DNA of 63,798 nucleotides, taken from the NCBI GenBank assembly GCA_976226885.1, contig OZ320313.1, positions 1,736,001 through 1,799,798 on the forward strand, in the 5' to 3' direction. The first letter of the stretch is position 1; the number at the start of each line of letters is the position of its first letter. Positions 13,901 through 28,200 of the stretch are shown here, piece by piece. Source of the DNA: Iphione sp. A-MEVVRFRX5. Its lineage: Eukaryota. The notes under the pieces are model-generated. The model was given only the letters and a program-made list of their open reading frames with translations. It did no database searches and was not told the origin of the DNA. The translations under genes and the position numbers were made by a program.

Positions 13901-16900
13901 CTCCTCCCTCAGGGAATCGAATTGAAGAGAGAAGAGGACGGGAAGGACGAATTACGCCATTCTCATTGGTCGAATTCTCTCCTGTCGTTTTGTTTTCTGA
14001 ACACGTGTCATTGTTTAATGCAATTAGGTCGCAATAAGTTACCCGTTTTGACCCGATGATGATGCCCCCTACTGGGAGACTTTCAATCAAGAACTAAAGT
14101 CATGTTTCTCTCTGAATGGGTGTTATTCAACTTAGAAACTATACATTCTCTTAATACTTATCAGGCAGTGGAACGACAAAATCACTCTCTATCCTCATGA
14201 CATTTTAACTAAAGATTTGTCCCTCTTTGACTTAATGTGGTCTAGTTGACCCCCACAACTTACAATTAAATTAACCCTCTGTTATCTAATAGTCATGGCC
14301 TCATGACAATGTCACCAGCTACTGATAAGGGAGACCAAACCAGGGGAGAGACCAATATTTGTAATTTCCAAACGTGGTCTTCTATGCGGGTCTCAACTTT
14401 AAAACCTATTAAGGGGAAACTAAAGGTACGTTCTTTTCCATGAATAAAAGTTGGGTTTTGTTCATTCAATTAGTCAAATATTATCTCTAGTCATAGCCTT
14501 CAATTAGTAAGTGTTCATCTAACAGTCCTTATCTGACGACGATGGCACGCTCAACAATTTGAAATGAACCTTAAGGATACATTCGTTTTGTTTCCAGTTG
14601 ACAAAGACGTGATGAGGCCTGACAAAAAGGTCCTGTGTTTCCGGTAACATGCTGAAAAACTATACGTTCGCTAGGTAGGTGGCATTCAATTTTTTTCTCA
14701 ATATTAATGGGTCCTGAAAGTAACAAATATATGTGGTAATGTCGCTTGTACTGCTTGGATCTCAATGAAACGTCCATCAAATGAAAGCCAATGATCTTAG
14801 GAACACAATGGTGTAGTGCATGACCCTTCATTCACTCCAGAGATATTTACAAAACAATAACACAATAAAACGTTCATTTAAACCAGAATGAGGGTCAGTC
14901 GGGTTACTGGAAACACAGAACCCTTTTTTAACTAGGCTTGATGTCTCCATTCACCAAGATCAAATATCTCCACCATTGAAGTATTAGCTGTCGTTGTAAA
15001 GTGAACTTTGGCAAATTATGAAATTCGAGGTTGTTAACAGTCGCGGAGAGTTTATTTGGCGGGTAGGACTTTCATAATTCAACACGAGAGTAAATGAAAC
15101 AGAAATACTGTTTCCAATATGAATTTCTGAGAATGAGCCGGTTTAAACTGCGAGGGGCTCATCAATGGCTGTTAAACCACTCCACCTGGGCCTTTGTTAA
15201 GTGATTTCTATTTGGAAACAATGAGGAGACAAAGCCACGTGTCATCAGATAGCCCATCTCATTGGCTGATCTGATGTCGGAAAGCCGAGACGGTGGTTGT
15301 GCACTTCGGGGCGATCTCGTTGCGATCTCGTTCCGACGATAAACACGACCAGCCCCGGCCAGTAGTTTGTGTCATTTCCATAGGACAACACTGTCTTCAG
15401 AGTCTCGTTTTCAGTGAATTTCCACGAGATTTGTAATTATGTGAAAACCTAGAAGACTGGTCGTTTAAAAAGTCGCCCTACAGCAAAACAGAAGACAAAA
15501 CGACGCCATACTTAACGGGAGGATGGAATGTTGTGTGAAAAGGAAAATATCTAGTAAATATGTACACTGTTTTAGAGGAAGTTAACTAAAAGATTAAATA
15601 AACGATGCGGAATGTGTGCTTTTTTCTCAGAACGTATTCACCTAATGCTGGGCTGACGTGTATTCAGTGATGTGTGCCAACGCTTTTCTTCCATTAAATC
15701 CCAATAAATTTCATTTTAATACTTAATAGTATTGAAAAGCCTCCCGTCTGAGCTCAGCTAGGTTGTCGGGAACTGCAATCATGTCAAGTTTAATTATCGC
15801 AGGGAGAACTGCATCACGCACCACGCCAAGGCCAGACAGAATAACAGATAGTTATCAAATATTATCACTTCACACACGCATAGAAGTTTCAACAATTGAT
15901 GAAAGTTGTCAGTGGCAGTGTAATACTGGACAGATATTTACAAACTATTACTGCTTAATACGAGTACAGAAGCTCCAATAGATGATGATAAATGTTAGAA
16001 ATGATATATTACGGGACAGATATTTATAATATATTTCTACTGAAACTCCACCAAATGATGATAGCTGTCAGAGCTAATATATTAGGGGAGGGATATTTGT
16101 CAGATAGTAGCCTTAAATAAGAATACGTCAGCTCCAGTTCATTATGCTGGTTGTTAAGAGCCATCAGACAATACGAAGGGAGGTTCTTTTCTGTTTACAG
16201 ACGGCGGCTGCCTAGAATCCCGTTATATCTATACTGTCCGTTTCGTTGGTTTATTTAAGTTTAACTGAACGGCCGCTCTTCCTTCTATTACCCAGCTGGT
16301 TATGCTTCTTTCCGGCAGGTGGCGCATGACGCATTTCTCTGTGGAGACGAGATGATCTTCGGGCTGTCTACAGGTACTTAGAGGTAACCACGGGTTTTCT
16401 AACGTCTCGTCGAGAAATGGCAGTTCTCTCTGAGAGGGTTCTCCTGCTAATTGGTGGAAATTAAAACTTGAATGGAGGGGGACGAGACAACAAGATGTCG
16501 GGACATTAAGTGCGGTTACCTGCAGTTAAGAGAGATCTGGAGAGAGAGTTGGAGAGAAGGACAGAAGGAGTAAGTGCGTGAGTGTGTGAGTGAGTGAGTG
16601 AGTGAGTGAGTGAGTGAGTGAGAGAGGTAGTTAATCAATAGCTTTTACGAGACTTTCAAAGGAACATAATTTCAAACTTCACGTTTATCACCTGCCTTCA
16701 CATGCATCTCCCAGGTACGCGGACCCGGAGGGGAACGCCTTATTAAAGTGCTGGGGACCAGGAGGAGGAGCCGGCGTCCCGTCGACTACAACAACAACAC
16801 GCATGCGCCGGCGTTCACGCGTACCGACATACTTGACGAGATGAAATAAAAGCCAGCTCGCCGGCTACCAGCGGAAAGCTTTAATGATTTTAATTTCATT

Positions 16901-19900
16901 TTAATGCGCGTTTTGAGAGACGCTGCATGTGACATGCGCAGTAAGCGGGGACCGGGAAGGTGGATGGGAGGGTGTGCCGCTAGGTGGCGCTGGTGGTGAG
17001 GAGGGGCGTCAATCGAGCTGTGAGTGAAGGGACGAGGAGGGCGACAGGGGGCGCAGCAGTAGAAGGAGGAGGTGGAGGAGCGAGGGGGGGGGGGTTAAAA
17101 AGGAGGAGCTGCCAGCGGTGGGTTGTAATAATGACGAAACCACATGGCACACTCCCAGCCACACGCCGAGCACGGCGGGCAGCCTTGCTCAGGTGAATCA
17201 TTAAGGGTAATTAGAGCCACGAGAAGATGTAATTATTCCTGCTTGGTTGGGGTCCTGGCCTTGGTGCTGCCCCCTAGTGGGCGGGGGTGTCCTTCAGCAA
17301 CATCATATAGCTGGGATCTCCTCTACCTGTAGGATGGGAGATTTGGGGGATGGGGGTGGGGGGGCGGGGAGCGAGGAGAGCTGACAGGTAGAGAAGGGGA
17401 AGATAGTCCCCGACTGGCCTGGATCAGACAATACCTCGTTAGGAAGTGGTCGAGTCAGGGGAGTATGACAATGCCTCATAAGATCAAGGAAGTATGTCCC
17501 TCTAAGTGAGGAGACATCTGCAATGAGACACGTCATCCTAGATGCCCTGTCCTTAAAAAACAAAGGAAGATGGAGCTCGATACGACTGCTACTTCCCTGT
17601 GCCGTGGGGATTCTATGTCTTTCCCTGCTTCTCCACACGCGTTCTATATTGATAAAAGTGTCTGTTTGTTGTCATATTTCTATGTGAGGTGAAACATAAA
17701 ATCGGCTGACATTACTCTAACTCTGTGGTCCACCATGTCTGCCGGGTGATATGTGTCCTGTGAGGTGAAACATAAAATCAGCTGACATTACTCTAACTCT
17801 GTGGTCCACCATGTCTGCTGGGTGATATGTGTCCTGTGAGGTGAAACATAAAATCAGCTGACATTACTCTAACTCTGTGGTCCACCATGTCTGCCGGGTG
17901 ATATGTGTCCTGTGAGGTGAAACATAAAATCGGCTGACATTACTCTATAACTGTTTGGTCCACCATGTCTGGCGGGTGACATGTGTATCTGTAATATATA
18001 TTGTGGTAGGTATCTCTTCACTATCTTTTACTGTTTGTCTTTCTCTGTACTCAAGGGCATCTGTGAAGGGCTTTCTTTTAATATCTCCTTAGCTGTGTGT
18101 TACAGCGTGTCTGGTGAAATGTGTATCTATACCATATATGGTTGTAGAAATCATGTTTAGTTTCCTGCAAGTACATCTTTTCATTTTAGCATTTGAATAT
18201 GTGAATTTTATATTAAATGCCATACTTCTCTTGTCGAACTACTTCATCTCTGTCCATCTCTCTTCTTGTGGCCCTCAGTCTGTCAGTCACCGTCCTCCAT
18301 CCCTGTCCATCCCTTGTCTTCTGGGTTTCAGTATTTAAGTCTATATAGTATCTACAAACTTCATCTCTGTCTATCTCTCTTTCTGCTCTCTTGTCGTCTT
18401 TCAACATATCTATCGGTGATGTCAGTCTCTTAACCTTGTTTCTGTGTGTCTCCTGGGTCTCCGTATGTTGGTCTACATAGTTCACCTCTGTCCTTTTCTC
18501 TTCTTCTGGGTTTTAGTATGCTAGTCTCCCTACTCTATCTCTGTCCATCTCTCCTTCTTCCCTCTCATCTTCTCCATCATTGTTTCAACATGTCCGTCGG
18601 GGATGTCAGCCTGTGTACCAGCTCACTGTCTGTCTCTCTCTTCTTCGCTTTCACTAGTTCGCCATTAATAACCTGTCGCGCCCGTGCCATCGCGGCTCCG
18701 TTTAAGTATTGTTTGCTTCTGTCAACGTTAGTTTTGAGAAGTCACGAAAAACTGAAATGTCTACGTTGCTTTATTGAGGCAGTTTGTCACGATACAGTAA
18801 CGTCAGTCCTAAACCGACACCTATGGGGGTTTCTAATTATAGAATTCCCAGTCTTAAATAGCCTCTTTAATGGATCCTGTGGCGACCTCTGACGTAGATA
18901 TACGTACCTTACCTACCAACAGATCGTCGTCCAGCTACCGTTTCTATGACAACTCTTCACAGGTACATATTCCAAAGAAAACTTGTCCGTGGGCGGATAT
19001 CCTGCCGAGTCACCTCCTACGCATGCGCAAAGCGTCAGGCCTTCTCCTGGTGCCTCGGCACGTACTGGCGTCAGGCGACCTCCGGCCGTCCCTAAACTAA
19101 ATGCCATTCAGGCCCAGGTGGGACTTCCCTCTGATCCTTACTATTCATTTGCACTTTTTTCCCCTCCAGCCGCACATTTTCCTCATCTTTTCCTCGGAGG
19201 AGTGAATTGGTGGTAAGATATAGATGTATTTATAGATTTAGACAACTCACGATTGGATAACGATGAAGGTTTGACGTATGATCCGTTTTAAATGGGGAGT
19301 AATAGGTCATAGGTCAGCATTATAGGTCAGAGGTCAGCGTCTTCCCTAACTAACAACTATAGTCTAAAGCCACCTTAGGGACATGTCTCCAATAGGGACA
19401 TGTCTCGTATAGGGACACTTTTAGGAAGAACAGATTCTATTTGTTCTATATTAAAAGAAGTCTCTAATAGGGACATGTCTCAAATAGGGACACTTTGGGA
19501 CAGAACCAAGGGTGTCCTGATTAGAGGCTTTCCACTGTATAACAGTCAGTGTACATATCTGCACGGGGGCGACGCCTACTTCCTGTCACGTGGTACAGAT
19601 TCTATACGGAGATTCATTCCACAACGAGGCTTCTTTTGTGCCTATAGCGAAGACTTTTTTTAAATCGCACTTTATTCTCGTTAATCAAGGGCCCCTGGCT
19701 TTACGCCCCCCCCCCACACACACACTGACATATGTCTCCATTATTGTCTCTCGCTCATTATGTGTGAGGAAAGCCTGCCCCAATCACTCACTAATACGTA
19801 CTCCCGCGCTGCTGTATTATGCATGATTCCTCCTTTTTTCACAGCCTCTCGTTCTCCTCGAGGGGATTATGACCATATTCTCCAGCACCCCCTCCCACCC

Positions 19901-22900
19901 CCACACCCCCTCACCTCCCTCCGTCGTCTTTCTGTTGTGAAGGTTGACATTTAAATTGGCTAATCCATAACGGCCCGCTGTAATTGGGATTTAAATCGAT
20001 CTGGTATATCAGTATTAGTGGGAGTAATGCTAATCTATTGATATCTCCCCCCCCCACTCCCCGTCCTCCTCATCCCCTCCGGCCCTGGTCATTGGCGTCC
20101 CCTTCATCAATCACACCCCGTCCTACTCAGTTTAAAAACCGCCATTTGTAATGAATCTTAATGGCTTTCGTGGCATGTCGTAATCATGCTGCCCCACATT
20201 TTGTTCCAAGATGCCTTACAAAGACTCTAGTTGCTAGTATCACGAATTCTCTGCATCTTGACCCCCCCCCCGCACCGCCACCACCACCTTCTCCGTCCCC
20301 TAACCTCGCTCCACGATGAAGCCGTCGATATTTCCAATTACAAACTTTAATGAACTTTTAAAAGTTTTAAATAGTTGTTTCGTCGAGGAAACAGCAAGCG
20401 AGGAATAAAAAGTTGAAACACGGTGGTGGCCTGGTAGGTGATGGTGGGGGGTCCCAGGGGTCGGCCGGCCAGGCGGCGGGGGGGGGGGTTTACTTTGATA
20501 AAATGAACATTATATCCTCTCCGTGTCCGGCTCGGTTTCTGGTGGCAAGCCGTAGATGAGCGAATAAAAGTGTATGGTTTCAAAGCCACGTTCGGCGTGA
20601 TATTCAAACCAGTCAGGCGCCATCTTGAAAAAAAGGGTCCGTACACGTTAATTCGACCCGCTAATCGAGTTTCGCTTTATCACCTTACTTCTCAATAGTC
20701 CCCTCCCCCCCCCCACGCCCGCCCGCTCCGCCCCCCTCCTCCTCCTCCAGTAGATGATCTGCCAGCAGGCTGCCGCGCCTCCTGCCGCTACTAGCGCCTC
20801 CTGGTGTGTGGTTTTTGTACCTCCTCCCGCCGCCTGCCGGCTCCTAATGAGACATCATAGTTGATCATGTGCTATGTGTGTGTTTTTTTGAGGTCCTAAA
20901 ATCGCGGATCCCAGACCGGAATCAGTTTGTGTCTAGGTCAGCAGCGGGGATTATTTGATGTCGATAAAAAATGGCGGTGAAGCGGCCTGGCTGGTCAAGG
21001 ACGGCGGCGGCGGCGGCGACGACGACGACGACGATGATAGCGCGCATTCCCGACCTGGCGTATTTGTAAGTGAAGCCTCGCGGCCGCCATTGACCGGAAA
21101 TAGAAGAAGTGACTCTGGTTGAGGCTTTCGCTTCGCGGAGTCAGTATCAGGACGGATCCACTTTAATAATAGCGCAACCATTTTAAAACTCTTTGAGAGG
21201 AGGTGCCAGTATGCAAACTCACGTAGGAAATAGGTGAAGCTGTTCCTTTAGATGGACAGGTGGAAGTACAGCAACTCATTGGATTAGAGTTGTGTTAACT
21301 TCCATATTGAGATAGAAATAATGCTGATTGATGCTCTCACTTCACAGAGTTAGAATCATGAGTTGATGATTCAATTGTAATAATAGAGGGATGATTCAAG
21401 AACCTCTCTGTCAGGTGTCAGTATTCCAGCTCATGTAGGAAATAGGTGACATTTCCTTAGATGGACAGGTGGAAGGTACAGCAACTCCTTGGATTAGCGT
21501 TGTGTTAACCTCGACATTGAAGTAGAATTGGTGCTCGCTCGTCTCGGTGATAGAGGGAAAGCCCAATTACATCACTTGACAGACAAAGTAATTCAAGAGT
21601 GATCTTGGTACATATATATACATATGTATATACAGTCAACTCCCACTTAGGAGACCACCTCTGGTACTGAAGGAATATGGTCTCCCCTGTGATCTAGTCC
21701 CCTGAGGTCTCTTATTATATAGGAAATGTACTGTTTGGGACTATGATGTGGTGGTCTCCTCTGTGATCGGGCCTCCCCTGCCATCTGGTCTTTAAGTGAG
21801 AGTCCATTGTATAATCCTTATTCAGATATTTGTATAAATGCATCTATCATCCTACTACCATTTTATGCAGATATTTATATATGCTCGTTTAGAATCTTTA
21901 AATCAGCTTTATATAGATATGTGCATAACGGAAATCTACGTTCTACGGACAGTCCTCAGAGAAATATTTGTGTAAATCCATCCAGCATATTTATATCATC
22001 GTGACATAGATATTTGTGTAAACTTATCAACCATCTTTAGAGAGATAGTTGTATAAACTCATCGTACACTCATCAGTTTCTCCTCCGGTCAGTAGAATAA
22101 CTGACACTCGCTACACATCGAGATCCGACGTGTGCCGTACACCTATCATAATACTGACTTGATTCAATTCTATATGTACTATAAGGGCTAACTCAATAAA
22201 GACCGCACAAGGTGGATTAGATTCCATACAGGAGGCGATGCTAGTCTGCCCCCCTCCCCCCAGTTCTAGGAACCCCTCCAAGAGTACACTGATGTTTGCA
22301 GCACATTGAGAACTGGCATGTGCTGTTCACCGATCAGAATACTGACTTGATCCAATTCTATATATGCGATGTGGATTAGATTACGAACGGGATTTGATGT
22401 TATTCCTCTCCCCCCCCCGCGCCAGCTCCGACGAGAAAATCCCTCTCAGAGTTCAATAAGAGGGAGATCCTCCATTATCTCATCTAATTTTCGATCGTTT
22501 CTTACAAGTTGGGAGGTAGTTAGGGCTTGGAGACCTCTCTCTCGGTGGCCTTGCCTTCTCTCTTGTTATAAATATATTTATTAAGTAGAAACAAATTGTT
22601 CATGTTCTGTAGGTGACTAGCCCTACGTTTCCTAGTTCTTTGCTCGGGCGATACTATTTTTAGAGAAAAAAAAACTCGCCTTGGGAGGAGGTCTGAGCAG
22701 GAAGGAGTTGTTACGGTACCCAAGGCCGAGCTGCTCGCGTGTCGAGTCCCGAGCCGTGGAGCACAACAGATCGCCTGACAACAGACATCAGGCCCCTAAT
22801 GGACATGCCAGCCAAAACCGCAGCGCAAATAATTAAACATTGTTTGGGATGATTAGATCAAATTGATCCAATCCATGAAGTAAACGCGTCTATATGTGCC

Positions 22901-25257
22901 AATGCCTTGTTTTAATACTTGTTCTTTTTATCCTCTCTCGGTGAGTCTCTTCTCTCATAAATCAAGGTACTAATGGTAAACATGTGTCGAGTATTTACAG
23001 TAGCGCTGGCTTTCCATGAGTACACATCTTTGCTGCCGGATACATCGCCATTTTGTATTTTTTGGATGCTTTTATACCTTGTACGTGAAGATATAAGCAA
23101 GCACATATATTCAAAGTAATAGACAGAGTGACCTTTTGGGGCAACTTTGGTGACTGAAATAGCATATCCGGCATCCTTCACATAAATGTGTATGCAGAAA
23201 TTTTGGTGGTTGGCCTAATGGCATCTTGGATACATCCCATGTCCTGGCTTTTCCTGCACATCATGACCACACATCCAAAGATGTGAATACGGTGGCCCCC
23301 CCTTTTATCCGACGACTTCATAACCGACATTACTGCGTAACCGATGCTCTCTGGGGTAACTGAATGTGATAAAAGTCTGGCGAAAAAGGTGACCATTCAG
23401 GTGACTATTCTTATATATACGACAAAGCTTTAAGGAACCCAAACTGTTGGATAAGGGGGGGGGCACTCTATGTCTACACAGAAAGTCTGCCTTAATGGCT
23501 GTGATCTTTGAGGCATGGGCTCGTAATGAGGTGCCTTATGTTAAGTTAATGAGGCCATAAGGTCAACTTCTAGGCCTTGGCTGGTGGCGTGTCCTCTTTG
23601 GCTCAGATAGTTAGGTGTTGGCCTCTCATATCAGGGGTCTGGGGTTCAATCCCTGCTGGTGCTAGCTCTGCAAGACACAAAAAGTCTTACTAAACTAAAA
23701 CCTTGGGGATGCTGTCCATGTATCCGTCTTTTATGTCCTATGTTGACACGGATGCAGTAGGGGATAATGAATTTAACGGAGCACGCTTCCGTATGTACGT
23801 GACACGTTGTACGTTCTTTTTCATGGATCCTTTAAAAAAAATCCACCGAAGTCCGTTTCTAAAAAGGAAAACTAAAACAACCGCCGCCTCCGTCGTCGTC
23901 CTTGACCAGCGAGGCCACTTCGCCTTTTTATCAACTTAGTTTTTATATATATATTTCCTATCTGCTGATTTCTAGCAGGGAACGTTTTATATGAGCCAGT
24001 CAAGTCATGTTTGTACGAAAACCCTACTTGTTTGACCTGTACTGATCATCCTAATGGGTACATTTAACATACGAAAGTTTTATGGCGCACACGGGGTGTT
24101 GGTCCCCCTCAGTGGTGGAGGGGGGGCTGAAGGGAATGGATTGATATGTACATATAGGAAGACGACCCTATTGTCGCTCAGACATGATTTAAGTTCAGAA
24201 AACCGAGCAACTCATCACGATAAGTGCACTTCCCCCCCCCCCCCGGCGGACGAGTCCATTCGTCACCGAATCCGCGGGAAATAAACATCAATAAATAAAG
24301 AGGACTCAGTTGTTATTAAAACTGATGGACTCTCCAATCTGGCCGCATGGAGACAGTGTCTGCGTGCCCGCTTTTATATATTGTATGGTGATACTGTCAA
24401 AAAACGGGGATAATGCCTTTAAGGCGCTTTTCACATGTATCCGTACCAAAGTTACGTTTACAGATCCGAAAATGTCGCGGCTCCCATAGAGTACATAGGT
24501 TAATGACTTCCATATATGGTAATCAGTTGTATTTCACTATAGAAAGCTACGAAATATGTGTTCGTATCCATGGCAAACCGGTCGTAAATGAATTTTGAGA
24601 ATACGCTGTCATATCTGTTTGCATAGCTTTGTGTAGTTACAGATACATCCAGGAGGGTTATTGATTCAAATAGAAATGGCTGAAAACGTATGCAAAAGAA
24701 TAGTGTTTTCCAGACATGTGAAAAGGGCCTAAGAGGGGGTCCTCCCCGTGTATGTTGTAAAAAGTTTCCGACATCCATGCTTTTATTCATTCATGTCTAT
24801 TTGTGAGAGAAAGAAACATGCGGGTTCATGTACATTCTCTATGTGTACCATCCACATGCGAAAAGTGCTCTACAAAAAAGGAAACCGTACGTTGTACTAA
24901 CGTTCACCCAGCAACGTAAGGGCACTCGAATCTGGGGGCTCAGGTTCATGCATTCTACAGGGTGGCCGCCATTGTGGCTGAGCTAGACGGACAAGCAGAT
25001 CCAGATACCAGTGAGCTGCCCCCCCCCCCCGCACACACGCGCACACGCACATACAAACACGCTCACAAACGCACACACATGAACACACACGTACACACAC
25101 GCACACGCACACACACGCACAACGCACGCACACGCACACACACGCACGTACACACACACATACACAGACACGGGCACACCTTACTTGTTGCATTGTTTCT
25201 TGGGAGTGTTAGGACAATTCACTTAACAAGGCTTCGTCTCCTTGTCACCGTGTGTGC

Positions 25258-25289
<32 letters not shown>

Positions 25290-28200
25290 GCTGGTGAATA
25301 ATTTGGTGAAGTATCGGCAAGGGGAGAGTGTCCCAACCACCAGCAGGCAATGTAGTTTCTCTCCTCCTCCTGCTCCGCACTGGGTCCTGATGTGATAATA
25401 CCAGACCATGCAACCTAATTAGACAGGAGATGTGCGATATGACGGATCGCCCGCCGCTAGTAATTCGGCAAAATTAATTAGTCCATAAAGCCTGTGGGGT
25501 AGAACTTAAATGGTATTACATTTTAAGGCGCCGCCAATGTACTAAGAGGAGGAGAAGGAGGAAGAAGCGAGACTGAATTGATGGTGGAGGGGAACGGGGA
25601 GGAGGGGGAGGGGGAGGAGACCCTGTTAACCAATGAGATAATTTCTTCAGGGAGGGAAACTGACAATAGAACGTGCCTTCTCAAGCCACAGCGAGGTAAA
25701 GAATCCATTTTAGAAACATTTTCTGAGTTGAGGAAAGCGGACTGATCAGAACATCAATGGGGGAGTTGTCGGTGGTGTTTGTGTTTAGGGACGGCTGAAG
25801 TCGGCGAGGATGGAATTGTAATTAGATTCCTGCAGGCGTAGCTAGCTTAGGGACATAGTTACATTGTCTATCCTGACTGGACGAGAGCGTCTCTGTGGGT
25901 GTGGTAGAAGGCATATGCAACGGCCCCATGATTACATTGCTTACTTATTCTGTGAGCAACTCAAATAGGGCAACTTTGTTTTCGTTTTTTATAGAATAAC
26001 CACCTCAAGTCACAAGGCGACCCGCAGTAAAAAGGGGTTAAGTTGGCTGGTCCCATTGGTGGCCTTCATTTGCAGTTGCTACTGTATAAATAACTGCATG
26101 AACAAGGGATGTCTTCTCGGACAAGGAGCTCTATACTTACCACCACACACATACACAAACACACCCACACACAAACACACAGCCTTTTTTCCCCTTTCTT
26201 TTGTAGCTGGTTCGTATTCGGTGATCGTTGCTGACTCAAAGCCAAAACGCAAAAGCTGGCAGCGCGCTGCCGCCGCCATGCCACTCACGTTGCCAGTCGC
26301 AGGAGCACTAATAAGGCCATCTCCCGGCAGCAAGAGGAATTATTCAAAAGCAAATGAGATTGGAATTACACGACCGTCGACCCAGAGGAAATACCAGCGA
26401 GGAGGAGGAGGAGCGGGTTGGGCGGGAGGAGGTCCAAGCTGGAGAGATTAAAAGTGTACAGAGGAGGAGGGCAGGGAGGGGAGGGAGGGCGGGAGGGAGG
26501 GAGGGCAGAGGGGGGAGGAGCTGGTTGGCATAGGATATGGAAGTCATGTAACAGTAGCCACGAGGTCGAAGAGACGAAGTAAATAAGGCAGAGACTGGTG
26601 GGCCGGGATGAGTGGTAGTTTATCTCAGGGAGACTTCTTCTTAAATAATCTAACAGTCTATCAACACAATGACAAGTCTTCCGTAGTTAAATGGTCTGTC
26701 TCACTGAGTAGCTTTCACTAATCTGGTCTGCCATTAGTGCAAACCTTTCTATAATCTAATAGTCAGTCATTTCTGTAAGAAGTCTTTAATAATCTAATAG
26801 TCTATCAACACAATGACAAGTCTTCCGTAGTTAAACGGTCTGTCTCACTAAAAGGTTGTCACTAATATACTGGTCTGCAATTAGTGCAAACCTTTCTATA
26901 ATCTAATAGTCAGTCATTTCTGTAAGAAGTCTTTAGTAATCTAATAGTCTATCAACACACTGACAAGTCATCTGTGGTTAAAGGGTCTTTCTCACTGAGA
27001 GGCTTTCACTAATCTACTGACCTGTCACCTCTCTGGCAGTCTTCAATTATCTAATATTAGTCTATCGTTTCTGTGAGGAGTCGTTCATTATCTATAGGTC
27101 TGTCATCTCAGTGACAATGCTTCATTTGCTGAACAGTCTGTCATAAATAATATTATGGTCCTCATCTCACTAAGAAATCTTCACTAATCTGATAGCATTC
27201 TATCTCACTGAGAAGTCTTACATAATCAAATATTATGTTATCTTATTAAGAGGTCTTATATGTTCTAGGTCTTCCTTAATTTAACAGTCCATTATCTCCA
27301 TTACCGAAGTTGAGCTACTGAAATACTTAAAAAAAAACGCGATTGGTGGTTGGAGACAACAGCACTGCTCCTAACTCACCCCAACATCCATCTTTTGGCA
27401 GTATGTGACAGGCCATACTACTATAGCAGCTATAAGGGCCATTTATTCACTATGAAGGGGTAGTATAACCACCCACCACATACTGCCAACAATCAATCCT
27501 AACTCTCCCAACATTCATCTATTGGCAGTATGTGACACATCATACTACTATAGGAGCTGTAAGGGCCTTTAATGCACAATGAAGGGGTAGTATAACCACC
27601 CACCACATGCTACCAACAGTCAATCCTAACTCCTCCAATGTTCATCTATTGGCAGTATGTGACATGCCATACTGCCAACAGTCAATTCTAACTCACCCTA
27701 AGGTTCATCTATTGGCAGTATGTGACAGGCCGTACTACTATAGCGGCTGTAAGGGCCTTAAATGCACTATGAAAGGGGTAGTATACTGCCCACCATGTAC
27801 TGCCAACAGTCAATCCTACCTCACCCTAATGTTCATCTATTGGCGGTATGTGACACACCATTCTACCATAGGAGAGGTAAGGGCCTTTAATGCACTATGA
27901 AGGGGTAGTATAACCACCCACCACGTACTACCAATAGTCAATCCTAACTCCTCCAATGTTCATCTATTGGCAGTATGTGACATGCTGTACTACTATAGCA
28001 GCCGTAAGGACCTTTAATACACTATGAAGGGGTAGTATACCACCCACCACGTACTCCAATAGTCAATCGTAACTCCCCCAATGTTCATCTATTGGCAGTA
28101 TGTGACATGCCGTACTACTATAGCAGCCATAAGGACCTTTAATGCACTATGAAGGGGTAGTATACCACCCACCACGTACTACCAACAGTCAATATCTCTC

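Noticed and set aside
23590-23665. tRNA-Met-like gene
   Set aside because: Acceptor, D and anticodon stems do not pair; treated as a SINE head.
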